NCBI GenBank assembly: GCA_002269645.1
Contig: NIVC01001291.1
Coordinates: forward strand, 190,412 to 254,411
DNA: 64,000 bases
Reading direction: 5' to 3'
From: Macrostomum lignano
Lineage: Eukaryota
The position numbers and the translations under genes were made by a program. Numbering within the stretch: position 1 is the first letter of the stretch; every line of letters starts with the position of its first letter. A model generated the notes under the pieces. The model made no database searches. It saw only the letters and a program-made list of their open reading frames with translations, and was not told the origin of the DNA. Positions 27,299 to 38,755 of this stretch are shown piece after piece.

Positions 27299-27484
27299 GC
27301 TGCTGCTCCCATGCAGCTTTGCTTCATCAGCGATCTCACCAGCGACGAAGAGGACGGCGACTGCGCCACTGCCGACGGAGCCCGCCAAGACGACGCGGCC
27401 GACACCGATGATTCAACAGCCGCCAGCGCCAATTCGTCCACGCTGGTCTCCGACTCCGGAATCTGCGATGCCTACAAATCCGAG
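27299..27484 (+). CDS. SCHIP1: SCHIP1 homologue exon B
   Basis: AAAPMQLCFISDLTSDEEDGD...CDAYKSE; acceptor CCATAAG (weak AAG) and donor GAG|GTGAGA, both phase 0. Confidence 0.6.
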
Positions 27485-27630
27485 GTGAGAGATGGAGAAC
27501 TCGCATCCTTGCGGGATGCTGTCATCATATTTGATTCTTAGAAAGTCTTCCTTGAGTCTTAGAAAGTCTTTTACGATTTTATTAGAAGTTTTATGATCAT
27601 TAGATAAGCCTCAAAGTCTGAATCCGACAG

Positions 27631-27864
27631 CTTCAGCCGCTGAACCCATCGGGAGCATCGGACAGTCAAATTACTGGCGTATCTACCGCCGCAGCTACCA
27701 GTTGCTGCAGTACCAGCAGCCTGTCCGGTTCTGCATCCGGTTCCGCATCTGCTGTTACCGCTGGCGCCGCCGCTTCGGCCGGCACCTGCTGCTCGGAAGC
27801 CAGCGATGGCCTGCTGACTCGGCAGGCGCAACTGCAGGCCGAAGCTCAGCTGGCCCTGGCACAA
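27631..27864 (+). CDS. SCHIP1: SCHIP1 homologue exon C
   Basis: Acceptor CCGACAG|, donor CAA|GTGAGT. Ends DGLLTRQAQLQAEAQLALAQ, matching SCHIP1 DFLTRQKKLQAEAKMALAM. Confidence 0.88.
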
Positions 27865-27980
27865 GTGAGTTCTCTTCTGTCCTTAAAAATCCAAGATTAA
27901 TTTATGGTGTACCAGACAGCCGGGTCCCATCGTAGAAAGTTCAATTCGCTACTCTTGACTTGCATCTCACTTTCTCTTCA

Positions 27981-28404
27981 CCACCTCACTTCGCACACAC
28001 ACCTCACTCCTCACCCCCACCTCACTCCGCACACCCACCTCACTCCACACGCCCACCTCACTCCGCACACCCACCTCACTCCTCACGCCCACCTCACTCC
28101 ACACGCCCACCTCACTCCGCACACCCACCTCACTCCACACGCCCACCTCACTCCGCACACGCACCTCACTCCGCACACCCACCTCACTCCACACGCCCAC
28201 CTCACTCTACACACCCACCTCACTCCGCACACCCACCTCACTCCACACGCCCACCTCACTCTACACACCCACCTCACTCCGCACACCCACCTCACTCCAC
28301 ACGCCCACCTCACTCCGCACACCCACCTCACTCCTTACGCCCACCTCATTCCACACACCCACCTCACTCCGCACACCTACCTCACTCCACACACCCACCT
28401 CACT
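27981..28404. repeat. 18-bp intronic minisatellite CACCTCACTCCGCACACC
   Basis: About 23 copies inside the intron between SCHIP1 exons C and D. Confidence 0.95.
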
Positions 28405-28448
28405 AAGCTCCAATATGCAACCTAACAAACCAACCAACCGACCTCCAG

Positions 28449-28641
28449 GCCCGACCAATGGCCCGCATGCAGCTGGAGGTGGAACGCCACGAGCAGCGCA
28501 GCCGCGCCAGCCGCGATCTCGTTGCCGAGTTGATGGGCGTCAGCCCAGCCGCAGCACGCCGTTTCCACCGGGCCCACCTGCAGCAGCTGAGCCTCGGGGC
28601 CCTGCAAGTCATTCACAATGACCTGCTGTGCCGCATTGAGA
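28449..28641 (+). CDS. SCHIP1: SCHIP1 homologue exon D
   Basis: Acceptor CCTCCAG|GCC, donor GAG A|GTGAGT (phase 1). ARPMARMQLEVERH...LQQLSLGALQVIHNDLLCRIE matches AKPMAKMQVEVEKQ...[21 protein letters not shown]. Confidence 0.92.
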
Positions 28642-30077
28642 GTGAGTGTATACACACCTAGTTTCTTCCTCGCAGATTAGCCCGAACTATTCGAGCTACA
28701 TTGCTATTCAGCGCCATTTTGGACAGCTCATTAGGCCCCTCCCATCGGTAGCTTGAGGCGACTTGTCCCGTCCTGTTTTAGGCTGTAAAACAGCACCTGC
28801 ACATCAGTTTTAACGAGCGCACCTGCTATTGCTTATTATCATCCGTTATTATTATGACTATATAGATGGTGAGCGTAGGAAAAATATAACGAAAAGCGCC
28901 AGCCAGCAATGGCAGTAAAGATCGACTGGGCCATCATAAAGCTTCGCTGGTGGGCTGGTGTAGAGTCCTCATTCTGACCATATAAGCGGCCGCTAGCGAG
29001 CTGCACTATTTCCTAGAATTCCAGGGGGGGAGAAGAGGGTCGCGCCGCATCGTCGAGACTGCGGCCCAGAAGATAATGACGTCCGACTTTTAGCAGCTGC
29101 TCCTGCATCGCCTCGGCCAGAAAGTTTGTCCCGTCCCGTCCCGTTCGACATCGAAAGGAATCGATCGGGGTCCCCTATTTCCCATGCCGTGGAACTGGCA
29201 TATGGAATTGGCCATGATATTCTGCAGTATGGAGAGATTTGGGAGGCCCAGTAGCTGCGCAAGCGTCCGTGGGCGTTCGGGTATTCGGCTGCCCGGAACG
29301 TAGAGAATCACTGCAGAGAAAGTGAAAACGGGAAGCCTCCATCGGCCTTTCCCCCAGTCTGCCAGGATGCAGTAATGCACAAAAGTGTATACAGTTCTAT
29401 TTGGCGAATATGGGAGCAGTATAGTGGGAACTATAATGGGGGAAATACGGGTAATTCTTCAGGGCAAGGAAAAATATGTTGGGAAGAAAATGAAGCATTG
29501 GCGCTGTCCGTCTGCCCGGCTGCGTGTGTGTTTTCTCTCCATTTTGGCCTTCAACGGGACCCGTGGCGAGCCGTCTTGAATTCCGGGCAGCCCTCGGGCC
29601 TCGGGACCAAAACACTCGCCGCCGTCATCCATTATCTGCGCCCGCCTGAAGCCCCGCGAGCCTCTCCAAAGGCGAAGGCGAGGCTTCGCGCGCGCGTCTT
29701 TCCGCTGTTCGCTCTCCCCCTTTTTCGCCTCTTAGCCTCGAATTTTTGGACCTCCAGCACAGCCTCCAGGCTTAAAGCATTGCTTTGCTGCATCTGACAG
29801 CTCCAGAGGCTGAAAGAGAGCCTCTATAGGAGCGACTCTATAGAGATGATCCATTAGTGGCTGGCATTCATTTTCTCAGCGAAAGAAAATTAGGCCAGAA
29901 TAGGACATCGGTCACTTCGCTAGCTTAACCAGACGATGGACGCACAAACAAAGCGAGAGCCTTTATCGCTTTTATCTTTCGGGGATTTTGGCCACTAAGA
30001 CCTAACAAGCTAATTTAAACAAATCGGTTCACTAAATAAACAAACGCTTCAAACCCGCCTCTCACCCATTCGCGCAG

Positions 30078-30171
30078 CGCACAACGAGGACCTGGTTAAA
30101 AGCCTAATTGAACGGGACGATCTGCACATGGAGCAGGACTCTATGCTGGTGGAGGTTGAAGATCTCACCAG
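30078..30171 (+). CDS. SCHIP1: SCHIP1 homologue exon E (C-terminal coiled coil)
   Basis: Acceptor CGCGCAG| (phase 1), donor AG|GTAGGT (phase 2). THNEDLVKSLIERDDLHMEQDSMLVEVEDLTR matches [32 protein letters not shown]. Confidence 0.93.
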
Positions 30172-31031
30172 GTAGGTTTCTGCAACATCCGATTTTTTGT
30201 TGGAGGCAGAAGGGCTGTGTCCATTATTGCCCCTTCCACCGACTCCCCTGAGCAGGAAGTACACAAGCGCGCGGATACGTACGCAGTCATACGCCCATTG
30301 AAAACGATACCGTGACAAAAAATCACTAAAAAGTCGTTGCAAACAGCTGACTAGTGACTCTAGGGACTCTGGGTCGACTTTCGGGACAGGAGAGTGTACA
30401 GCGGGCTTAACTTTATTTATCGTTAGACTTGTACACTTCACTGGACCTTGGAGGTTGGCCCTCAAGGGCGTTAATTGCACGAGCAGAGCCAAGCCGAGAT
30501 TCCAATTTAGCCCCAAATTAATTTGGCTACACTTGGAATCGAGCCTGGGCTTGCGCTAGACCACTAGGCTACGGGCCTCCCCTGTAACATCAAATTTCTG
30601 AGAAGCTGTTATGCACCTAAATGTAGCTTTTGAGTGCAATGCATTCTCTATTCACTCGTGCGCACTTCCTTTGAAGTTTTGATTTACAATCCAAATGGTT
30701 TACGGGGGGGCGGCCCCAGGCTGCTTAACATGTAATTCCGGAATTCCAATTCATCCCGGACCACTTCGGAAGTGATCTGCACAGGAAAGAGTTGCAGCCG
30801 GGGGTGGGTCCAGAATGACAGCATTGGGCCGGCTGCAATTTGCCCAATAAAATATCTAATAGGGCTTGATGCAGCTGCGTAGACTGGAAGGCTGCAGATT
30901 TCAACTGGCAGTTCAGCGCAAAGGTCGAATGCGTATTTCTCTTTTAATCTGGGGTCAAATCAAGCTGAGGTCATCAAACTGAGGGCTTCCATACTGCACC
31001 GTTCTTGAATCCAAGCACGCATTGATTCCAG

Positions 31032-31227
31032 GCGCGCTCAAGAGGTTGCCAATCGACTTCAGGAGGCACCAAAGCAGCAACAGTCGGCGGCGGGTGCCGC
31101 AGCATCGGCTGCAAAGTCGACGGCTGCCGCGGCAACCTCTCCGGTGCGCAGAAAGATGTCTTCGTTGACGTCGCGGCTGAAGCCAAACAAGCTGGTGTCG
31201 CTGTTCACCGGAGGCGGCGGCAACTGA
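31032..31227 (+). CDS. SCHIP1: SCHIP1 homologue terminal exon F
   Basis: Acceptor TGATTCCAG| (phase 2, completing AGG). RAQEVANRLQEAPKQQQ...LVSLFTGGGGN ends at TGA 31225-31227. Confidence 0.75.
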
Positions 31228-32490
31228 GCTGAGCACCTGGTTTACTGGCTTCCTTCGCTTCCTTCGTCACACGGTCATCCTTGCCTAGCTTTGCCTCGGA
31301 TCAGCGCGCCCCGACCAAGGCGCGATCGGATTTGTACAGAAGCTCATGATAAGCGCCGTTCTGCATTTTCTCACCTCGCTTGCTCTTAAGAAACAAAAAC
31401 ATCGATTTAATTGAAGGATCGACTGAGCTTAACATTTATAATGAGATTAATAATATATGCCTGTCATGCGCTTAGCATACTACTTACTATTCATAGAGTT
31501 TTCCCGTATAAAAAAATTTGTTCGTTTCCTCATTGCAGCCGAGCTAGTTTCGCCCTCCCTTCTCCGTTGTTGCTAGAAAAATATGGCACAAGCCAGTAAT
31601 AAATTATCCTAACCAACTAAAAATGTATTAATCCGCTTTCACCGCCTAAACAGTATTTACCGTAATTTCTGCTTGAGACTTGTAGCTTTACTTACGTAAG
31701 CTTGACGCATTTTTTATTGCGCTTAAAAACGCATACTCACTGGCGAAACCCCGACATGAAAGTTGAAGCTATAAAAGTAAATTGCAACCCCCGGACTACC
31801 AGAACCTCACGAGTCTAAAACTTGTTCTGAGTTTAACATCAGGTACTTCGTTATTAACTATATAGCACTGGGCCAAAAGTACTCCAGGCCACCAGGTTGT
31901 TCACGCGGGCAAACAGTAATATGAAATTAACAATCAGCTCTGGGTGAAACAGTAAACTCACAGATTAAACAAAATATCGGCCATTTACTGTTTATTTTAG
32001 ATTTCCAATAGCTAAAGGGCAAGGAGAGCACTTCAAACACTGTATCCGATTCGTCTATTGCCGATTCCCTATTAGGCCCCTTGTAAAATCGTTATCGAAA
32101 TCCCCACAAAATCCTAGTAAGGAAATGGGACAAGCACGCAGGCGCAGATTAATCAATGCTTGTTGCCATGGCGATCGAAAGTTGACTACAGCCTCGAAGC
32201 GTCCCCCGCAGCGGGACAAGAACAGCATGTTTGCTCACGAGCTGCGGAGATCGGCACAGGGCCCGGGCAGAATTATTCAAAATAGGAGGCACGCGGTTAG
32301 AGAGCGCCCACTCAGCGAATCCTCCAACAACACTGTTCCATAGGGATAGGAAGACTGAATCAGCAATTGCTCCGTGAGCACTTCTGTCATATATTAGGTA
32401 TAGTTGGTATAGTTATTCTTCAGGAGACAGACTGCAGCTCGTCTTCTGACGCAGCAGCTAAAAAGTTCAAGATATAGCCGTCAATCATTT

Positions 32491-34404
32491 ATGCTTTCTA
32501 ACACACGAAGCATGGAATCGGCAGAAGCGGCGCTGGCTGCTCTGGTCGATGACGACCCTGACGCCTTCATGCGAGCTTTGAAGCCGGACCTGTCGGGAAG
32601 GCTCGCCCAGCCTCTGGTCGACGTGACCGAAAGCCACGAGATCCGGTGTCGCTTGCCGAGAAGTCGCCGAAAGTGGGGCTTCGTCAGTCTGCAGTTCGGA
32701 TACGCGATCCACCTGGCGATTCTGCTGCAGTCCGTGCGAGTGTTCGAGGCTCTGTTGGAAGACAGCTCCGAGCACGCGGCTCAGCTCGAGCTCGACGGCA
32801 GCACCGTTGTACACAGTCTGGCTCGCTGCCAGATGTACGCGCCGAGGTTCAAGCGAGCCAAGCGTCTGGAGACGGCGCTCCTCTCGACGCTGAGTAGAGA
32901 GCCTCGTCTGCTAGACAGGCTGGTCACTCAGGAGGACTCGAGCGGTCTCCGACCTCTGGAGGCGTGCGTGAAGTTCGCTGCATTCCGACTGGCCCGCAAG
33001 ATGTTGCACCTGCCGAACTACCTGTTGAAATCGGAGACTCGATCCGGCGGCTGGGCCGTCTGTCTCTACGACCTCACCGACTACGACCTGTGTCACGGGA
33101 GCCGGTGCAACTCGAGTCCTCTGCACCTGCTCACCTATGTAGCGTCGAGTCAGGTCGAGTCGCTCAAGAAGTCCAAGCTGATGGAGGACCCTCTCATCCG
33201 ACAGTGGCTTCGGTTGACTAACCGTCAGACTCGAGCGATCACATTTCTGAGGCTGCTGGTGATGAGCGTTCCAACATCGGTATTTCTTCTTACAGCCGTG
33301 AACGAATCAATCATGCTGACGGTGGCCTGTTTTGGCAACCTCATTCACTGCAACCGAGCAACATTTTCTGCTGCAAAATCATTAGGATACAATGCGAGCG
33401 TTTTGAGCAATTTAACCATTTATTTTACGTTCTTTTATCAGCAAAAAATAAAGTCAAAAAGCTGTGCAGAATTTCTTCAATCCATCGACATAAACTTTCT
33501 GGTGATTAGTCTCGTGACTGCCTTCATGTGCGTCACTGCGGCTCTGAAGACTGGATTCTCTGCGCTTGAACACGAAAATAAGAAAAAAATATTGACTGCG
33601 GACAACTGGTCGCTGCTTGACAGATTTGTTCGACGGGCCATCTTTGATTTTTATCACTTTGTTGCAATCGCGAGTGGCATCTGCTTTCTAGTTGTCGCGA
33701 CGTTCCTGAGGTCCGATAATTTCTATGAAAATTTGTATCCAAGCGACCAGAGCAACGGTAGAGCTGTGGAGCAACTGTTCATTGGGTCCAACACTCTCTT
33801 CATCGCGTTCACGCTGCTACACTTTGCGCAGTACATGGAGATCGTGACGAAGTCGGTCGGGAAGCTCTTCTTCACCTTCCACTGCATGCTGTCCAGCTTC
33901 CTGGCCGCGCTGCCGCTGCTGTTCTACTGGATCATTCTCTTCAGCCTGGACTTCTTCATCTTGGTTGACTCGCCCGACTTCGAGACCGGCCTGTTGTCGC
34001 TCTACTCGTCGGTCAAGGTCATCCTCAACATGATCACCTTCAGCTTGGACAGCGTGATGGTTCTCATCATCCACGTGCTGTTCTTCGTGTTTGTGGGCCT
34101 CAACCTGCTGAACTTTCTCATCGCGTTCGTCACGGAGACGTTCCAGCGGTGCATCAGTGACTTCGATGTGGCCTTCGACCTGCTGCGACTTCTGACAGCG
34201 TTGAAGACGTTTCGGTACTTCGGGTTCGTGTTTCGGTGCAAGCACTGGCTCGAGGTGAGGTCTCACGGCAGCTGTAGACGGCGGGTTATCGTTGAGGTTG
34301 TTCAACCGGTGTTCAAGAGGCTGTACTCGAAAAGTGAATTCAAGCGGAAGCAGCAAAATTTTAGATCCTGTAGTCGAGAAATGGAATCTTTGCCGGATAT
34401 TTAA
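32491..34404 (+). CDS. TRPV-like cation channel, type A copy 1 (intact, 637 aa)
   Basis: Degenerate ankyrin repeats (DGSTVVHSLA; DSSGLRPLEAC), TRPV linker LYDLTDYD, six hydrophobic segments, pore helix ending ILNM, and S6 LNLLNFLIAFVTETF typical of TRPV LNMLIALMGET. Confidence 0.85.
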   Translation: MLSNTRSMESAEAALAALVDDDPDAFMRALKPDLSGRLAQPLVDVTESHEIRCRLPRSRRKWGFVSLQFGYAIHLAILLQSVRVFEALLEDSSEHAAQLELDGSTVVHSLARCQMYAPRFKRAKRLETALLSTLSREPRLLDRLVTQEDSSGLRPLEACVKFAAFRLARKMLHLPNYLLKSETRSGGWAVCLYDLTDYDLCHGSRCNSSPLHLLTYVASSQVESLKKSKLMEDPLIRQWLRLTNRQTRAITFLRLLVMSVPTSVFLLTAVNESIMLTVACFGNLIHCNRATFSAAKSLGYNASVLSNLTIYFTFFYQQKIKSKSCAEFLQSIDINFLVISLVTAFMCVTAALKTGFSALEHENKKKILTADNWSLLDRFVRRAIFDFYHFVAIASGICFLVVATFLRSDNFYENLYPSDQSNGRAVEQLFIGSNTLFIAFTLLHFAQYMEIVTKSVGKLFFTFHCMLSSFLAALPLLFYWIILFSLDFFILVDSPDFETGLLSLYSSVKVILNMITFSLDSVMVLIIHVLFFVFVGLNLLNFLIAFVTETFQRCISDFDVAFDLLRLLTALKTFRYFGFVFRCKHWLEVRSHGSCRRRVIVEVVQPVFKRLYSKSEFKRKQQNFRSCSREMESLPDI

Positions 34405-34614
34405 TGCATTCTTTTAGAGATTTTCGACGACTTTCTGAACGTTGTGCCCGTGCGCTTGCCCTGCCAAAGTGCACTCTGCTCCGTATTTGTTTTTGGTGTG
34501 ATAGGCTCGGCGGTGTAAGCCGCTTAGCCCTTTGGGTTGTCTGCGCGCTGGTTGGCTGGGCCGCCCTTTTCTTTTTGGCCTTCCTCCCGGGCTGGCCTCC
34601 CCCAGCTGCGCCGT

Positions 34615-34720
34615 GATTGGCCGGTGGGTGGCTGGGCCGGGGGTGGGGCGGGGGTGGGGCGGGGGGGAGCCCCCGGCTCCGGGAGGGTCGTGGCATTTTA
34701 AGGCGCGGCCGGGGCGGGTG
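34615..34720. other. GC-rich island with a CCAAT box, GC boxes and a G-quadruplex-type G-run cluster (also at ~41978-42085 and ~49342-49445)
   Basis: GATTGG at 34615-34620; G5-T-G4-C-G5-T-G4-C-G7 at 34639-34667; AATAAA at 34821 suggests it lies in the A-gene 3' UTR. Confidence 0.6.
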
Positions 34721-36045
34721 GCTGTCGGCCCGTGGTTGTGTTGGTTTGCCGCACTCTACAACGCAGGCCCAGAGCGCCGATTACAGCGTCTTTAGACCGT
34801 CCTTCCCCTAACACATACGCAATAAACGTTTACCATCGGGTCCGCCAGCCGCGAGCAGACCTCAGCTACGATTTATTGACCGCACGCGCAAGGGCGAGCT
34901 ATCCGCGAAGTAAGTCACTGCCTTGTCTCTTCATTTCGGGAGCTGTAGCAGGGACAGTCCGTGTGACCTGACGCCGACTCAGAGGGGACTAGGCCAGGTA
35001 GTCAGCTACGGGCCACCCTGTACTGTAAGCCCGCTGTACATAGACGCCAGTTTGTGCGCCCTGACGCCCTGCTAAAGGTGATCGACATCACAGCGTCCCT
35101 ACGCGTGTGCCGGCCACTTGGGTGCGTCCTGACGCCCCAGACCTAGGGTCCCGTGCGGACACTCGCGTCCCGACGCAGGCCAGCACGGGCCCGCGTACTC
35201 TGACCCTCGTAGGTGCACCATTCCTGAGAGTCGCGAGTACAACATGAACCTTAGAGCGCAAAACAATATTGCAGTTTCATATTTATGCGTCATTCGTTTT
35301 GCAATATTTTCCTTTGCAAAAGTCCCATCCCATATCTCTTTCAAATGTGTTTTCTTAAAGTTTTTCTGGAAACCTTTTAAATCTTGGATTAACTTCTCTG
35401 CTGCTTTGAAGTGGCCCTTATTGTACTACGTGTAATTCCTTTACAATCGGTAAATTATTGTACAAGCGTCGTAATCTACTATAAAAATTCTAAGCGCGAT
35501 TCTGTGATAAGCATCCAAGAGTCGCTAGGAGCAAGTGCTAATTTCATCATTTAGTATTTCGGTACAACCTTTAATTGATTGCTATAAACTGCCAATAAAT
35601 ATTGAACGTCCCAGCCTTTTATCTAACCTTCATTTGTAACCTTCCAAATTGGTCGGTACGTACGCTCGTAGCAATAGCTGCTGAACATTCGCCTTCCAGG
35701 GTTTATAATGAAGCTGGTTTCACTCACGGGTGAAAACTACTCGTAGTACTCAACAGAAACTTACGATTAAATAGTTGAATATACGAGCGTATGTTGGCTC
35801 AAAGTACGTTTTATTCGTGAATGCAAAATATTCAAGCAGTGTACTCGTAGATGTACGGACTGAGACGGGAGAAAACCAAGGTAAACGACACAGCATTCTG
35901 CGCAATGACTAAGCAGTATGGAGAAATATTAGGAAAGCTGAATCGCCTGCCTCTAATCAAGTTAATCCAGCTAAACATCGCGAATCAAGCTTCCAAACAA
36001 AGGATTTTGCCACGAAGGTATTCGCAGGTTTAGACGATTAGGACA

Positions 36046-37984
36046 TTATTGCCTTTTAAAAGCCGGTTGAACAACTTCAACGACCACCCGACGTCTGCAG
36101 ATGCCATGAGATCTCACTTCTAGCCAGTGATTGCACCGGGGTACAAACTTAAAGTACCGAAACGTCTTCAGCGCTGCCAGAAGCCGCAGCAGGTCGAACG
36201 CCACGTCGAAATCGCTGATGCACCGCTGGAACGTCTCTGTGACAGACGCTATGAGAAAGTTCAACAGGTTGATGCTGACAAACATAAAGAATGCGAAATG
36301 AATAATGAGAACGATGGAACTGTCTAGGTTGAAGTTGATCATGTTCAGTATGACTCTCACGGATGAATACAAAGATAGAGAACCAGTGCTAAAGTCTTGC
36401 GTGTCAACCAGGATGAAGAAAATCAAGCTAAACAAAATTATCCAAAAGTAAAGCAGAGGCATGGAAGCCAGGAAACTTGTCATCATGCTGTGAAATATGA
36501 AAAACAGTTTCCCAATGCCTCTTGATACAATCTCCAAATACTGGGAATACTGCAAGAGAACGGATGCGATAAATAAAGCATTCGAGCCGAGAAACAGCTG
36601 CTCAGTGACCCAGTGACCGCTGGTTGATGGGGAGCAGTGTCCGGTACCACCCTGAGTAGTTCGCCCAAAAGTTGGTGAACAGAACAACTAGGAAGCAGGA
36701 GCTGCTGCCAATAGTTACTGCCAGGTAAACGTCGAACATGGTTCTACGGACGAATCGGTGCGTGGGTCGCCAGTTGTCGGCTGTGAGAAGCTTCATCCGC
36801 TGACTCCGCTCCAGGAGCCGCAGAACAATCTTCACGCAGGCTACGATGACTTTGAAGACCAGAACCGCAAAAATCACACAGGTGTTTACAAATATTGCCT
36901 CGCCGATTCTTGAGCACTTAGTCTGCTTAACTGTCTGATCATTAAACACTTTCCAAAAGAGGGTTGAGTTCAACAACACGGTCTCATTGAAGCCTAGCTT
37001 CTCTGCGGCTGTGAAGGTGGCTTGATTACAGTGAATCAGCAAACCAAAACTTGATACAAGTAGCATTACATATTGGCTAAACACCGTCAACAAAAATGCT
37101 GCTGGCGGTATGCCCATCACCAACAGCCTCAGAAATGTGATCGCTCGAGTCTGACGGTACGTCAACCGAAGCCACTGTCGGATGAGAGGGTCCTCCATCA
37201 GCTTGGACTTCTTGAGTGACTCGACCTGACTCGACGCTACATAGGTGAGCAGGTGCAGAGGACTCGAGTTGCACCGGCTCCCGTGACACAGGTCGTAGTC
37301 GGAGAGGTCGTAGAGACGGACGGCCCAGCCGCCGGATCGAGTCTCCGATTTCAACAGATAGTTCGGCAGGTGCAACATCTTGCGGGCCAGTCGGAATGCA
37401 GCGAACTTCACGCACGCCTCCAGAGGTCGGAGACCGCTCGAGTCCTCCTGAGTGACCAGCCTGTCTAGCAGACGAGGCTCTCTACTCAGCGTCGAGAGGA
37501 GCGCCGTCTCCAGACGCTTGGCTCGCTTGAACCTCGGCGCGTACATCTGGCAGCGAGCCAGACTGTGTAAAACGGTGCTGCCGTCGAGCTCGAGCTGAGC
37601 CGCGTGCTCGGAGCTGTCTTCCAACAGAGCCTCGAACACTCGCACGGACTGCAGCAGAATCGCCAGGTGGATCGCGTATCCGAACTGCAGACTGACGAAG
37701 CCCCACTTTCGGCGACTTCTCGGCAAGCGACACCGGATCTCGTGGCTTTCGGTCACGTCGACCAGAGGCTGGGCGAGCCTTCCCGACAGGTCCGGCTTCA
37801 AAGCTCGCATGAAGGCGTCAGGGTCGTCATCGACCAGAGCAGCCAGCGCCGCTTCTGCCGATTCCATGCTTTGTTTCCGTTCCCGAATCATGTTTGCACT
37901 TTTTGGTGCCTTCTGCTGCGTTTCGATTTGCTTTAAAATTTCTCGCATACCGAAGTCAGCCAGAAGTGTTTTATCTGCGTCCAC
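36046..37984 (-). pseudogene. TRPV-like channel type B copy 1, frameshifted (net -2 bp near 36613)
   Basis: Split into ORFs 36602-37984 and 36046-36687. It has CCCAGTGACCGC where intact B2/B3 have CCCAGCCAGACCGC. Confidence 0.8.
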
Positions 37985-38755
37985 TATATTTGCCTTTCCA
38001 CTTTGAAACAGTGTAAGAGAATAAGAGTCATGGTCTATGAGAACCGCTCCCTGGCCTTCAGCCCGTCTGTCAGTAGCCCAGCTGACTTCCCAAACGGCTC
38101 TGAATGCAGTGCTCCCCTGAATTCCTGGGCAACCCCTGGGCGTTGTCTTCCTATTTAGACTTGAGTTTAGCAGCTGTCCTCTCAGGCGCTCCAGTTGAAC
38201 GGGTCCGATATTCAGTTTTAAACTCGTATTAGTCTCGAGCTATTGAATGAGTTCGTTTTCAAATTTAAAGTAGAATTTACCACTAACACACATCGGCTTC
38301 GTCGAAAGTTACTAGGATCTGGAGACAGAAATACAATATGCTTTATCACTCAATCGAAAGTGTTGTATTGATGGTTGTCTCGGGGTGGTTTGGTAGGTCT
38401 TCAGAATCCCATCGCTGCCACCAATGTTGTACCTGTGCTACCTACTCGGACAGCGCCAGCACAGTTAAATTGACTTTTCGTCCTTTTGATCGGGAGTCTT
38501 CAATCGTAGCGTAGCTAGTGCTGCCACCAGTTCCTTCAGGTCTCGGCTTTCGATGAGGTGGGCTTCCCGTCGGAACAAAATAAACAAGTAAACGAACTCA
38601 GCACCGCGTGCAGATTTGAAGATTAACGAACAAGGCGTCTGGTCAGCAGATCCAGCTGGGCCCAGTGGGTGGTTGGGAAGGCGATGTAGGCCTCCTTTAG
38701 ACTTGGGCGTCTATGTTTAGTCAGGCGTATTACAGACGGAAACATGGTAGCAGAA

